From positions 32,001 to 96,000 of the IMG/VR virus record IMGVR_UViG_3300042454_000021: 64,000 nt of DNA; one strand, 5' to 3'. Within the stretch, counting starts at the first letter, position 1. Each line of letters begins with the position of its first letter. Source of the stretch: a virus. Made by a program: the position numbers and the translations under genes. This document shows positions 19,561-28,155 of the stretch, piece after piece. The notes beneath the pieces are model-generated. The model was not told the origin of the DNA, ran no database searches, and worked only from the letters and a program-made list of their open reading frames with translations.

Positions 19561-20772
19561 ATGGCTATACCATCTAGACAAATAGGTTGGGGAACAGAGG
19601 AAAATCTGTTATGGCAAATCTCTAAGCAATTAGAGTATTTGTCAGGCATTACATACAATAGTGGTGGAGGATCAGGTTCAGGAACAAGTGGTTCCTCAGG
19701 AACTAGTGGTGGATCAGGTACTTCAGGATCAGCAGGTACTGCTGGATTAAGTGGATCTTCAGGAAGCTCAGGCGTAGCAGGTACATCTGGTTTATCTGGT
19801 GATAGATATAAAACAGAATCTGTTACAGAGTTTACATTAGGAACTGGTGGAACTATAACTGTAGGTACAGGTTTATCATACACTACAGCCCAAGACATCA
19901 TTATATCATATGATTCTACTCATCATCAAGTATCGATGGTTACATCATATGATTCTGGTACAGGTATATTAGTATTTGGTGCACCTTCAGAAACTACAGG
20001 AACAGGAGCATACAGTGACTGGACAGTTAACCTTAATGGTGCTGCAGGTGGTAATGGAACTAATGGAACGTCTGGATCTGCTGGAACAAGTGGACTATCA
20101 GGAACATCAGGTGTTGCTGGTACGTCAGGCTCTGCTGGTACTTCAGGTGCTACAGGAACTAATGGGTCCTCAGGAACTTCTGCATCTAGTGGCACAGCTG
20201 GTACAGCTGGTGTAGCTGGAACTGCAGGTACGTCTGGCACAAGTAGTGGTCCTACTACATCTTATGGTTTATTTGCTCAAACAGCTGATAGTACACCTGT
20301 AACTGCTACTACTGTAGAAACAACAATAGTAGGACCAGGAGTGGGTGGATTATCTGTTCCTGCAAATGGATTCTCTATTGGAGATTCTTTTACTTGTTTA
20401 TTAGATGGTCAGATGTCTTGTACAAGTTCATCAACAGTACATATTCGTGTTAAAACATTATCAGGAGCACTTCTTGCTGATACTGGTATAATTGACTTGG
20501 CTGCTGCAACTAATAAAGCTTGGATAATGAATTTGTATTTTACAATTAGAACATTAGGAGGAGCTGGTACTGCATCACTTTCATCTGGAGGATTGTTTTC
20601 TTACATTAGAAATGGAGGAACTCAGTTTGAAGGATATAATTTAAGTACAGTTAATACCACTACGTTTGACACTACAATAAGTAACACATTGGTAATCACT
20701 GCACAATGGGATAGTAATAGTGTAGATAATTCAATAATTTCTCGAAACTTTACATTAACTAAAGTTTACTAA
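19561..20772 (+). CDS. Putative virion fibre/decoration protein with G-T-S triplet repeats
   Basis: N-terminal MAIPSRQIGW module shared with the next gene; two GTS repeat blocks separating beta-rich domains. Confidence 0.65.
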   Translation: MAIPSRQIGWGTEENLLWQISKQLEYLSGITYNSGGGSGSGTSGSSGTSGGSGTSGSAGTAGLSGSSGSSGVAGTSGLSGDRYKTESVTEFTLGTGGTITVGTGLSYTTAQDIIISYDSTHHQVSMVTSYDSGTGILVFGAPSETTGTGAYSDWTVNLNGAAGGNGTNGTSGSAGTSGLSGTSGVAGTSGSAGTSGATGTNGSSGTSASSGTAGTAGVAGTAGTSGTSSGPTTSYGLFAQTADSTPVTATTVETTIVGPGVGGLSVPANGFSIGDSFTCLLDGQMSCTSSSTVHIRVKTLSGALLADTGIIDLAAATNKAWIMNLYFTIRTLGGAGTASLSSGGLFSYIRNGGTQFEGYNLSTVNTTTFDTTISNTLVITAQWDSNSVDNSIISRNFTLTKVY

Positions 20773-20773
20773 C

Positions 20774-21187
20774 ATGGCAATTCCATCAAGACAGATAGGC
20801 TGGAGTACAAAGAGTAATTTGCTTTGGCAGATTTCTAAGCAATTAGAAGCTTTATCAGGCATTATGTATGCTAGAGGTAATCCATCAGTTACTTACTATA
20901 ATGTAGCTGGTTGTGAAAGAATGGAATACCATGTAATTAAATACACTGGTGCTGGCACATTAGCAGAAGGTACCATTGTTAATAATGCTACTCCTGAATG
21001 TTGGACTATAATAGATGCAGCAACAGGTCCTGAAGATGTAGGAACTATTGCCTATGTGTGGAACACTCCTAGTGATTGTCAACCTTGTATAGATTCTCAT
21101 ACAACTACTACTACATCTACTAGCACATCGACTACAACATCCACCAGTACGTCGACAACAACAACTACGACTACTGCTGCACCTTAA
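20774..21187 (+). CDS. MAIPSRQIGW-module protein with Cys domain and mucin-like Thr/Ser tail
   Basis: Ends CQPCIDSH-TTTTTSTSTSTTTSTSTSTTTTTTTAAP. Confidence 0.75.
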   Translation: MAIPSRQIGWSTKSNLLWQISKQLEALSGIMYARGNPSVTYYNVAGCERMEYHVIKYTGAGTLAEGTIVNNATPECWTIIDAATGPEDVGTIAYVWNTPSDCQPCIDSHTTTTTSTSTSTTTSTSTSTTTTTTTAAP

Positions 21188-21211
21188 GAATTAAATTAAA
21201 CCAACAACTAC

Positions 21212-22228
21212 ATGAAGGAATTAAAATTTATCTGTGCCCAACCAGATGACACCTACTACACTTGGCAGGTACATCTATGGTTAGAAAGCTTAAGAAACAT
21301 TGGACATTCAGATAAGGCTATTGTCCTCATCTTTATCCCATCGTTTAGAGATAAGAATGAGAAATGGCAACAGGTCGTAGACCTCTATCCAGAAGCAGAG
21401 TTTGCTTTCTATAAGGATCAAGATGGCGTAAGTGAAAAGTTAGGAATCTATATTCCTGTATTACGACCTTACTCATTGATGCGCTACTGGCAGGATCATC
21501 CAGACATGAAAGACAAAGCAGTGTTCTACTGCGACTCTGATGTCTTGTTTACAGATAAATTTAATGTTGATGCATATATTGATGACGATATAAACTATTT
21601 ATCAGACACCAATAGCTACATTAACGCTTCATACTTCGATAGTAAGATACACCAAGTGCTTCCTGAAAGGTTGCATGGATATAAAAAAATAGATGTTCTA
21701 GCTCAGGCTACAGAGATGTGTGGTATCACACGTAAAATAGCAGAGGAGAACAACGACCACTCAGGAGGCGCTCAATATTTGTTAAAGAATATTGATGTTA
21801 TGTTCTGGGAGAAGGTACTAAGAGATTGCATTACAATACGTAGTTATTTATTAAACATAAACAGACTATATTTCAAGGATGAATCTGCAGGCTTTCAAAG
21901 TTGGTGTGCTGACATGTGGGCTGTCCTCTGGGCTATTTGGTTTAGAGGTGGGGTCACTAAGAATTTACCTGAAATGGAATTCTCTTGGTCGTCAGATCCT
22001 ATTGACAAGGTCCACAGGTTAGGTATATTACATAACGCTGGTATTGTCAATAAAGATATGGGTGACTACCCAGCATTTTACAAAGGTGAGTATCATATGG
22101 GTAAAGATCCATTTCAAGATCCTCATTTAGAATTAGTATTCAATGATCCAAGAGCTCAACAAAAAGGTACACACTACTACGTTGAGCAAATGATGAAGTT
22201 AAAATATAAGTATAAATTAAATTATTAA
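21212..22228 (+). CDS. Putative GT-A peptide O-glycosyltransferase (resembles plant HPAT/SGT1-type enzymes)
   Basis: FYCDSD (DxD), GGAQYLL, FQSWCADMWA (compare GW-x-x-EMY-[AG] of HPAT/SGT1), ILHNAG. Confidence 0.55.
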   Translation: MKELKFICAQPDDTYYTWQVHLWLESLRNIGHSDKAIVLIFIPSFRDKNEKWQQVVDLYPEAEFAFYKDQDGVSEKLGIYIPVLRPYSLMRYWQDHPDMKDKAVFYCDSDVLFTDKFNVDAYIDDDINYLSDTNSYINASYFDSKIHQVLPERLHGYKKIDVLAQATEMCGITRKIAEENNDHSGGAQYLLKNIDVMFWEKVLRDCITIRSYLLNINRLYFKDESAGFQSWCADMWAVLWAIWFRGGVTKNLPEMEFSWSSDPIDKVHRLGILHNAGIVNKDMGDYPAFYKGEYHMGKDPFQDPHLELVFNDPRAQQKGTHYYVEQMMKLKYKYKLNY

Positions 22229-22232
22229 TAAC

Positions 22233-22505
22233 ATGGCAATTCAGAGAGATTTAAAAGCATTTGTTCGCTACGATGGTAGTGGAAGGGTTGTTGCAGGCAG
22301 CCTTATTCTGAGAAAGAACAAGCCAAAAGTGGGAAGATGGCAAGAGATTCCAGCATATGAGTGCTGTAATTACATTCCTACAACTACGACTACTACTACA
22401 GCTAGTCCAACAACAACGACTACTTCTACTAGCACGTCTACTTCTACGACTACGTCAACTAGTACATCTACGTCTACAACTACTACAACGACAACTATTG
22501 TATAA
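22233..22505 (+). CDS. Small protein: ~48-aa conserved head plus poly-Thr/Ser tail
   Basis: LKAFVRYDGSGR...WQEI...ECCN followed by about 40 residues that are almost all Thr/Ser. Confidence 0.8.
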   Translation: MAIQRDLKAFVRYDGSGRVVAGSLILRKNKPKVGRWQEIPAYECCNYIPTTTTTTTASPTTTTTSTSTSTSTTTSTSTSTSTTTTTTTIV

Positions 22506-22507
22506 TC

Positions 22508-22810
22508 ATGGCAAATAGCAATAATCAATTAAAAGCATACGTTCGTTTCGATGGAACAGGACGTATAGTACCAAGCAGCTTAATCTTACAAAGATTCAAG
22601 CCTAAGGATGGTAACTGGCAAGAGATAGATGCAAAAGAATGTTGTAATTTTGTTCCAACAACTACAACAACTACCACTGCAACTCCTACTACTACAACTA
22701 CGTCGTCTTCAACAAGTACGTCAACATCTACTAGTACTTCAACTAGTACAAGTACTTCAACGTCAACGTCTACTAGTACAACTACAACCACTACAACAGC
22801 AGCACCATAA
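22508..22810 (+). CDS. Paralog of 22233: conserved head plus poly-Thr/Ser tail
   Basis: LKAYVRFDGTGR...WQEI...ECCN followed by a Thr/Ser tail ending TTTTTTTAAP. Confidence 0.8.
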   Translation: MANSNNQLKAYVRFDGTGRIVPSSLILQRFKPKDGNWQEIDAKECCNFVPTTTTTTTATPTTTTTSSSTSTSTSTSTSTSTSTSTSTSTSTTTTTTTAAP

Positions 22811-23223
22811 TGGCTAAATCATTATTTCCACAAGAAATGTTAAGTAAAGCAAGTGATAGCGAGCTCTCGTTAGAGAGCATCGCTGCTAAGCTTACTTATT
22901 TTCATGAGCAATTACATTTGACTCATTGGCAAACAAAAAGTTATGCAGAACATCAAGCCACAGGGGCATTGTACGATTATGTACATGATTTCAAAGATGG
23001 ATTGATTGAGAAGCTTATGGGCTATACAGGTAAAAGACCTGGAGTTTATAAAATAGAACCTCTTACAGATTGTACAGCTGAAAAATGTGTAGCAGATATA
23101 ATGTCATTTGCATCATCATTAAAGATGTATGGAGAAAAGAATGCTTATCATGATGTATGTAACTTAGCTGATGCATTGTCTGGAGAGGCAGCAAAAACTA
23201 AATATCTATTAACCTTGTCTTAA
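22810..23223 (+). CDS. Ferritin/Dps-like four-helix protein (DUF5856-like)
   Basis: HLTHWQT.SYAEHQA...YD...D..IE, terminal YLLTLS. Confidence 0.75.
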   Translation: MAKSLFPQEMLSKASDSELSLESIAAKLTYFHEQLHLTHWQTKSYAEHQATGALYDYVHDFKDGLIEKLMGYTGKRPGVYKIEPLTDCTAEKCVADIMSFASSLKMYGEKNAYHDVCNLADALSGEAAKTKYLLTLS

Positions 23224-23507
23224 TGCAAGTAGAGAAGAGATTCTTTCCCAAAATAATGGCTGACAATGATGCAATATATTTCTCGCATCTAGAAGGCATT
23301 ATAGATTCAGTTGATGAATTATCTAGTATGGAAGTTGTAAAACATCCTAAGCACTATTCATTCAGGATTGCACCTTCTCTTCCTATGTATACAAACATGT
23401 TAATAGAGGAACTATTTAAGTTCCACAACAGATTCCAGATCAAACTAAATATGAGTAAAAGCATTAAAACAAATGCAGTTATTTCTTTTGAAATTGATTT
23501 GGGATGA
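23223..23507 (+). CDS. Hypothetical protein
   Basis: Start overlaps upstream stop (TAATG). Confidence 0.6.
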   Translation: MQVEKRFFPKIMADNDAIYFSHLEGIIDSVDELSSMEVVKHPKHYSFRIAPSLPMYTNMLIEELFKFHNRFQIKLNMSKSIKTNAVISFEIDLG

Positions 23508-23508
23508 T

Positions 23509-23516
23509 TATATTTG
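23509..23516 (+). promoter_or_regulatory. Bacteroidota-type -7 element TATATTTG
   Basis: Upstream of 23539, with TTTG/TTG further upstream. Confidence 0.45.
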
Positions 23517-23538
23517 TTCAAACTAAACCAAAAATAAA

Positions 23539-23799
23539 ATGCAAATAGTAAAAGACGATGAGACAGGCGCTTCAGAAGTTCCTGCATACGATCCTTCAAA
23601 GAAATACACTTGGCATCAAGATGCTCAATTCATTCTTTCAGGTAACGAATTTGGAATGCTTTTAAACTCATTACGTGGAATTGTTTCTACGCCAGAGGCT
23701 AGAGTTATATTACGTGCTGCTGATGCAGCTGACGCTATTGAAAGTATAATGGCTAGGGCTGTTGAATCAGGATTAGTTATTGAATATCAAGAACAATAA
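23539..23799 (+). CDS. Hypothetical protein
   Basis: A-rich leader; in operon. Confidence 0.6.
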   Translation: MQIVKDDETGASEVPAYDPSKKYTWHQDAQFILSGNEFGMLLNSLRGIVSTPEARVILRAADAADAIESIMARAVESGLVIEYQEQ

Positions 23800-24225
23800 A
23801 TGAACATTAAAGAATTCGATATGGGCAAGTACATCTTACTGATTGGTAAGGATGCTACTGACATATTCAATTACTATAAAGTTAAAGAAATGCATGGGCT
23901 AAATCTTAAAGATGCCCAAGCAGAAGAGGTTGATAAGACAAAAGGTAATGGTGTATACATCTATGGATTGACAAACTACGATCCTGCAGATAAAAAGCTA
24001 GTAGCTAAAGCTCCTTATAAACCTTTTCTTTTTTTAAACATGGGCACTTTTAAAAGATATAGTGCTGATGAACAGAAAACAGCTATAATGCATGAAACAA
24101 TGCACATGGCTCTTCTCCTATACAAATGGGATGCTGAGAAAAAATCAGAAGAAATAGTAACAATGGCTGAAGATGAGGCTAATAAAATCATCAAAAAACT
24201 CAAAGGTATTAAAGTTATAAAATAA
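23800..24225 (+). CDS. Putative HExxH zincin-like metalloprotein
   Basis: AIMHETMH with a downstream EE. Confidence 0.5.
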   Translation: MNIKEFDMGKYILLIGKDATDIFNYYKVKEMHGLNLKDAQAEEVDKTKGNGVYIYGLTNYDPADKKLVAKAPYKPFLFLNMGTFKRYSADEQKTAIMHETMHMALLLYKWDAEKKSEEIVTMAEDEANKIIKKLKGIKVIK

Positions 24226-24422
24226 TGGCAAAGGCAAACAAATCATTAGGTAGTCTTTCAGGACTAAAGGCTTCTAACAAACGTGTAGGACCTGTAGATC
24301 CTAAAGGTGCTTGGACAAAGGTTCAAGAGAAAACTTTAGCAGGAGCTAAAAGTGGTAAACCTTCATTGAAAAAAGATAAAGAACTTGGTGCTACCAAGAT
24401 GGGTGCTAAAAAGAAGAAGTAA
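24225..24422 (+). CDS. Small Lys-rich protein
   Basis: Coupled start; very basic. Confidence 0.65.
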   Translation: MAKANKSLGSLSGLKASNKRVGPVDPKGAWTKVQEKTLAGAKSGKPSLKKDKELGATKMGAKKKK

Positions 24423-24658
24423 TGATCTTTGAACCTGTTAACAGAATAGATGTATCTACACCTAAAGGTGATGGAGTCATCTGGCTTGTTACAGAATATG
24501 GTCATGAAACTGATACAATGTATACAGTTATTATTAACGCCACAGGGGAGCTCTGGCAATTTATTCATAGAGATATTAGGGTAAAACCTAATGTAACATT
24601 TAGAAGATATGGCAAAGGCGAAAGACAAGAATTGGATTCAGAAGGCAGTAAATCCTAA
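24422..24658 (+). CDS. Hypothetical protein
   Basis: VSTPKGDG..W...YG.E motif seen in phage proteins. Confidence 0.6.
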   Translation: MIFEPVNRIDVSTPKGDGVIWLVTEYGHETDTMYTVIINATGELWQFIHRDIRVKPNVTFRRYGKGERQELDSEGSKS

Positions 24659-24764
24659 ACATAAAGGTTTCTGCACCCCTATGACAAAAGCTACATGCAC
24701 TCCCAAGCGCAAAGCATTAGCTATGACATTTAAGAAAATGGCTGCAAAGCGTAAGGGTAAATAA
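24609..24764 (+). CDS. Small Lys-rich protein (51 aa, not in ORF track)
   Basis: MAKAKDKNWIQKAVNPKHKGFCTP...ALAMTFKKMAAKRKGK. Confidence 0.65.
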   Translation: MAKAKDKNWIQKAVNPKHKGFCTPMTKATCTPKRKALAMTFKKMAAKRKGK

Positions 24765-24766
24765 CT

Positions 24767-25090
24767 ATGGCTAAGTCATCACTAAAATCTATGGTGAAGT
24801 CTGGTCTTAGAGCTGGATTACGTAACACACAACCTCAGAATGTCACTAGAGGTAATGGTGTTAAGAATCCACAGAAGGCTACAGCTTATGTAGGTAAGGG
24901 TGTCCTTAGAAATGGTGATAGTATACCAGCAATCAAAGGAGCCATAACACCTGTACCTAATGGTCATCTTATAAAGAAAGATGGCACATCATTAAAGAAT
25001 GGTGGTAAGATAAAGTGCTGGACTGGCTATGTGAAGAAAGGTACCAAGAAGAAAGGTGGTAGAACAGTTAATAACTGCGTTAAGAAATAA
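24767..25090 (+). CDS. Lys/Gly-rich protein ending in a CW.GY...NCV motif
   Basis: KNGG...KCWTGYVKKGTKKKGGRTVNNCVKK. Confidence 0.7.
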   Translation: MAKSSLKSMVKSGLRAGLRNTQPQNVTRGNGVKNPQKATAYVGKGVLRNGDSIPAIKGAITPVPNGHLIKKDGTSLKNGGKIKCWTGYVKKGTKKKGGRTVNNCVKK

Positions 25091-25218
25091 TGAGAAAGAC
25101 TACTAAACTAGATGCTTTCAGCAAGGTTAAGAAAGCCATGAAGCCTAAAAAAGAAAAGATGTGGATGGATAAGGTTAAGAAAAATTTATCTAAAGTTCAA
25201 TCTATTAAGAAAAGATAA
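25090..25218 (+). CDS. Small Lys-rich protein (42 aa, not in ORF track)
   Basis: TAATG coupling at both ends. Confidence 0.55.
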   Translation: MRKTTKLDAFSKVKKAMKPKKEKMWMDKVKKNLSKVQSIKKR

Positions 25219-25478
25219 TGGCAAATAAAGCTATTGTTAAAGCTGGTGGTCAAACTCATAAAGTTTTCAAAAAGAAAACTGATAAGGGTATAGGTGATAA
25301 GGGAGACATCGTTGTAGATCATACAGCTGGAATACCAGCAGGTAAATGGGATAAGATTAATCTCACTGCTAAATCTAGAGCTAAAACTGTTAAACAAGGT
25401 GTTGCTTCAGTTAAGAAGTGGCACAAAGACAATCCTGACTATGGCAAAAAGCGAAGCATGGCAAAGAAAGGAAGGTAA
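25218..25478 (+). CDS. Small Lys-rich protein
   Basis: KAGG; WDKINLTAK...VKQGVASVKKWH. Confidence 0.65.
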   Translation: MANKAIVKAGGQTHKVFKKKTDKGIGDKGDIVVDHTAGIPAGKWDKINLTAKSRAKTVKQGVASVKKWHKDNPDYGKKRSMAKKGR

Positions 25479-25695
25479 GAATCCTTCTGGTGGCCTAAAT
25501 GCAAAAGGTAGGGCTTCCTACAACAGAGCTAACCCAGGTAAACCTGGTCTTAAAGCTCCACAACCTGAAGGTGGTCCTCGCAAGAAATCATTCTGTGCTA
25601 GGATGTCAGGCATGAAAAAGAAACTAACGTCTGCAAAAACTGCAAACGATCCTAATTCTCGTATCAATAAATCTCTACGTAAGTGGAAGTGTTAA
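25441..25695 (+). CDS. Basic phage protein (DUF6321-like)
   Basis: Start ATG 25441; AWQRKEGKNPSGGLNAKGRAS...RKKSFCARM...SRINKSLRKWKC. Confidence 0.8.
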   Translation: MAKSEAWQRKEGKNPSGGLNAKGRASYNRANPGKPGLKAPQPEGGPRKKSFCARMSGMKKKLTSAKTANDPNSRINKSLRKWKC

Positions 25696-25696
25696 C

Positions 25697-26152
25697 ATGA
25701 AAAAATTAAAGAAAGCTCAAGTTGGAAGTTTAGTAAAAGGACTATTTAAAGGTGCAATTAAAGGCACTGGAAAAGCTGCAGCTAAAACAGCTCCTAAAGT
25801 ATTAACTTTAGCTGAAAAAGTAGAGGCTAAAAAATTTGCACAAACACCATTAGAAAAGAAAATAGGAAAAGATGCAGATAAAACTTTAAAAAAGTTAAAC
25901 ATTAATAAGTACAATGAAACTCCTCCACCAGCATTCAAATTAACAGCAGAACAAAAAGCTAATAATGATAGAATTCTTAAGAATGCTAACAATAATATGA
26001 AGTCTGGTGGTATGATTAAACGTGCTGATGGTTCTATGTCTAAGCGTGGTTTATGGGACAACATTCGTGCTAACAAAGGCTCAGGTAAGAAACCTACAGC
26101 TGCTATGTTAAAGCAGGAGAAAAAAATTAAAGCTCAAACTAAAAAGAAATAA
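25697..26152 (+). CDS. Lys-rich protein with KAQxG/KSGG motifs
   Basis: KKAQVG, MKSGG, RGLWDNIR. Confidence 0.7.
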   Translation: MKKLKKAQVGSLVKGLFKGAIKGTGKAAAKTAPKVLTLAEKVEAKKFAQTPLEKKIGKDADKTLKKLNINKYNETPPPAFKLTAEQKANNDRILKNANNNMKSGGMIKRADGSMSKRGLWDNIRANKGSGKKPTAAMLKQEKKIKAQTKKK

Positions 26153-26154
26153 CA

Positions 26155-26550
26155 ATGAAAACAATGAAAAAAGCACAAGCTGGTGCATCTGTTAAAATTA
26201 AAGTTAAAGCTAAACCATTACCTAAAGCAGGTAAACAAACTCCTGCAGACTTCCTTCCAGGATCTTATGATAAGTTACCACGTACAAAAAGTGGTGGAGC
26301 TAATTATGATGGACCTAAAGCTGGACCTCGTGAGATGAATCCTAAAGGTATGTCTAAAAATGGTAGTATGATGAAAAAAGCTAAAGTTGGTGGAGAATTT
26401 GGTATGTTATCAGTGAAAGCTGGTATCGATAAGAACCCTAATCCTACAGCTGCTGATCGTATTGCAGGTGCTACTAAAGGTAAGGCTAAATCAGGAGCTA
26501 TGATGAAAAAAGGTGGTGCTATGAAAAAATGTAAATATGGCTGTAAATAA
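26155..26550 (+). CDS. Lys/Gly/Met-rich protein with repeated KxGG motifs
   Basis: KKAQAG, KSGG, KAKVGG, AKSGA, MKKGG. Confidence 0.7.
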   Translation: MKTMKKAQAGASVKIKVKAKPLPKAGKQTPADFLPGSYDKLPRTKSGGANYDGPKAGPREMNPKGMSKNGSMMKKAKVGGEFGMLSVKAGIDKNPNPTAADRIAGATKGKAKSGAMMKKGGAMKKCKYGCK

Positions 26551-26551
26551 T

Positions 26552-26734
26552 ATGAAAAAGAAAGCTCAATCAGGTGCAGCTGTTTCTAACAAGTTCACCA
26601 TCACTGCAAAACAAGCTCCAGATAAATTAGGTAAAAAACCTTCTAAGGTTGATACTACAAAATCATTTGAGAGTAATAAATTCACTATACCTAAGAAGAC
26701 TATGAAGTCTGGAGGTAAAATGAAAAAGAAATAA
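26552..26734 (+). CDS. Small Lys-rich protein
   Basis: KKAQSG...MKSGGKMKKK; internal SNKFTI repeat. Confidence 0.65.
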   Translation: MKKKAQSGAAVSNKFTITAKQAPDKLGKKPSKVDTTKSFESNKFTIPKKTMKSGGKMKKK

Positions 26735-26901
26735 TGATTAAGAAAAAAACAAAGCCTGTGCTTAAAATGCACAAGCCTGCAAAGGCTCCTAAAGTGGCAC
26801 CTCCTAAACCAGTTGATGCTAACTATATGAAGGAGGCTGATACGCCATCACGTCTTAAGAGTAAGATGTGGCCTTTGAAACAAAAAAGACTTTCTAAATA
26901 G
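26734..26901 (+). CDS. Small Lys/Pro-rich protein (55 aa, not in ORF track)
   Basis: TAATG coupling; MIKKKTKPVLKMHKPAKAPK... Confidence 0.6.
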   Translation: MIKKKTKPVLKMHKPAKAPKVAPPKPVDANYMKEADTPSRLKSKMWPLKQKRLSK

Positions 26902-26943
26902 ATTTTTGTTCGTTTCGATTAAATTTGTGATTTTGGGTTAAGT

Positions 26944-26976
26944 AAAAAGGGAACCATTTGGCTCCCTTTTTCTTTT
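26944..26976. terminator. Bidirectional intrinsic terminator
   Basis: AAAAAGGGAACC-ATTT-GGCTCCCTTTTT between convergent operons. Confidence 0.8.
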
Positions 26977-27511
26977 ATGGTTGTAGTGAATTATAGGTAG
27001 ATAGCACTTTATTAATGTAATATTTGTTCTTTGCTTTATTATAACAGTTTTCAGCAAATATACCATCTGCATCTCTTCTACTTAAAACAAATCTTTCATT
27101 ACCTACTAATGATGTATGTAAAATAAAGTTATGACTATCTACATAGCTTAATTTAACTATGTTTCCATACAATCTATGTACACCACTGGTCCATACTTGA
27201 TCAAATGATATAAAGTCATTATCTAAATCTTTGATATTATCCCATAAGTCTGGATGCATAGTTGTATCATCATCATTAAAGTATATCCAACCTTCTGTTA
27301 CTAGATCGATTGCTAAGTTTCTTTGTGCATTTCCACACACGCTGTTTATATCTTTAATGCAATAAGCTTCACATTCTGGGATGTTTTCTGGAATAGTCTC
27401 TGAATCAAAAACAACAATCCACCTGTAGTTATCTTTAGGGATATTGATGCTTTTTGAAACAGCATCTAAAAACTCTGGTCTACTACAAGGGGTGATAATA
27501 TTTAAGAACAT
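26975..27511 (-). CDS. GT2-like glycosyltransferase
   Basis: IITPCSR, GNAQRN, YFNDDD. Confidence 0.8.
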   Translation of the reverse strand: MFLNIITPCSRPEFLDAVSKSINIPKDNYRWIVVFDSETIPENIPECEAYCIKDINSVCGNAQRNLAIDLVTEGWIYFNDDDTTMHPDLWDNIKDLDNDFISFDQVWTSGVHRLYGNIVKLSYVDSHNFILHTSLVGNERFVLSRRDADGIFAENCYNKAKNKYYINKVLSTYNSLQP

Positions 27512-28155
27512 TCTTTATCATTTCTATGTAACACCAATAACTTATCATTATCCCATCCTGGAGAAAACTTTAACTCATGATCAGCCATAATAAATGTAGC
27601 TGATGAGAAGTATTCTTTAATACCATCTATAGCTTCTATATATCTATTCTCATCTTCCTTAAGGAAAATGTCTTCGATAACAATTATACCTCCTGGTTTA
27701 ACACACTTATATGCTACGTTTAGAAATCTAATCTGATCCTCAAATACATGTGTAGAGTCTTCTATGATTATATCAAAGAAATCATTCTTGTTAAATACGC
27801 TCTTAATAGATTCTTCATTGGTAACATCTATATGAATGTATGTAGCATTTCTCAGATTATCACGTATTCCTTTTTGCAATTTATCATCATGATATTCATA
27901 TCCAAATAAAGCTGCATTAGGAAAGTATTCTCTCCAACATAACATTGAATGGTTGTCCAATATTCCCACTTCACCTATTGTAATTTCCTTATAACGAAGT
28001 TGCGAGAACAATAGGTTATATATAGATGTATAAGCATGTCTATGCAAATGAGATTCATTGTGATAAGGACACTTATCTGTAGGATACTTAACAGCAAGTT
28101 TACACAAATCTGTATTAGCATGTGTAGAGTCAATACTTATTCTATTTATTTGCAT
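27502..28155 (-). CDS. SAM-dependent (sugar O-) methyltransferase-like protein
   Basis: EVGI...SMLCWREYFP, FDIIIEDSTH, VKPGGIIVIED. Confidence 0.8.
   Translation of the reverse strand: MQINRISIDSTHANTDLCKLAVKYPTDKCPYHNESHLHRHAYTSIYNLLFSQLRYKEITIGEVGILDNHSMLCWREYFPNAALFGYEYHDDKLQKGIRDNLRNATYIHIDVTNEESIKSVFNKNDFFDIIIEDSTHVFEDQIRFLNVAYKCVKPGGIIVIEDIFLKEDENRYIEAIDGIKEYFSSATFIMADHELKFSPGWDNDKLLVLHRNDKECS

Noticed and set aside
19554-22817. ORFs 19554..19901, 19926..20240, 19976..20215, 22525..22791 (poly-Val) and 22629..22817
   Set aside because: Off-frame or antisense readings of GTS and Thr/Ser repeats.
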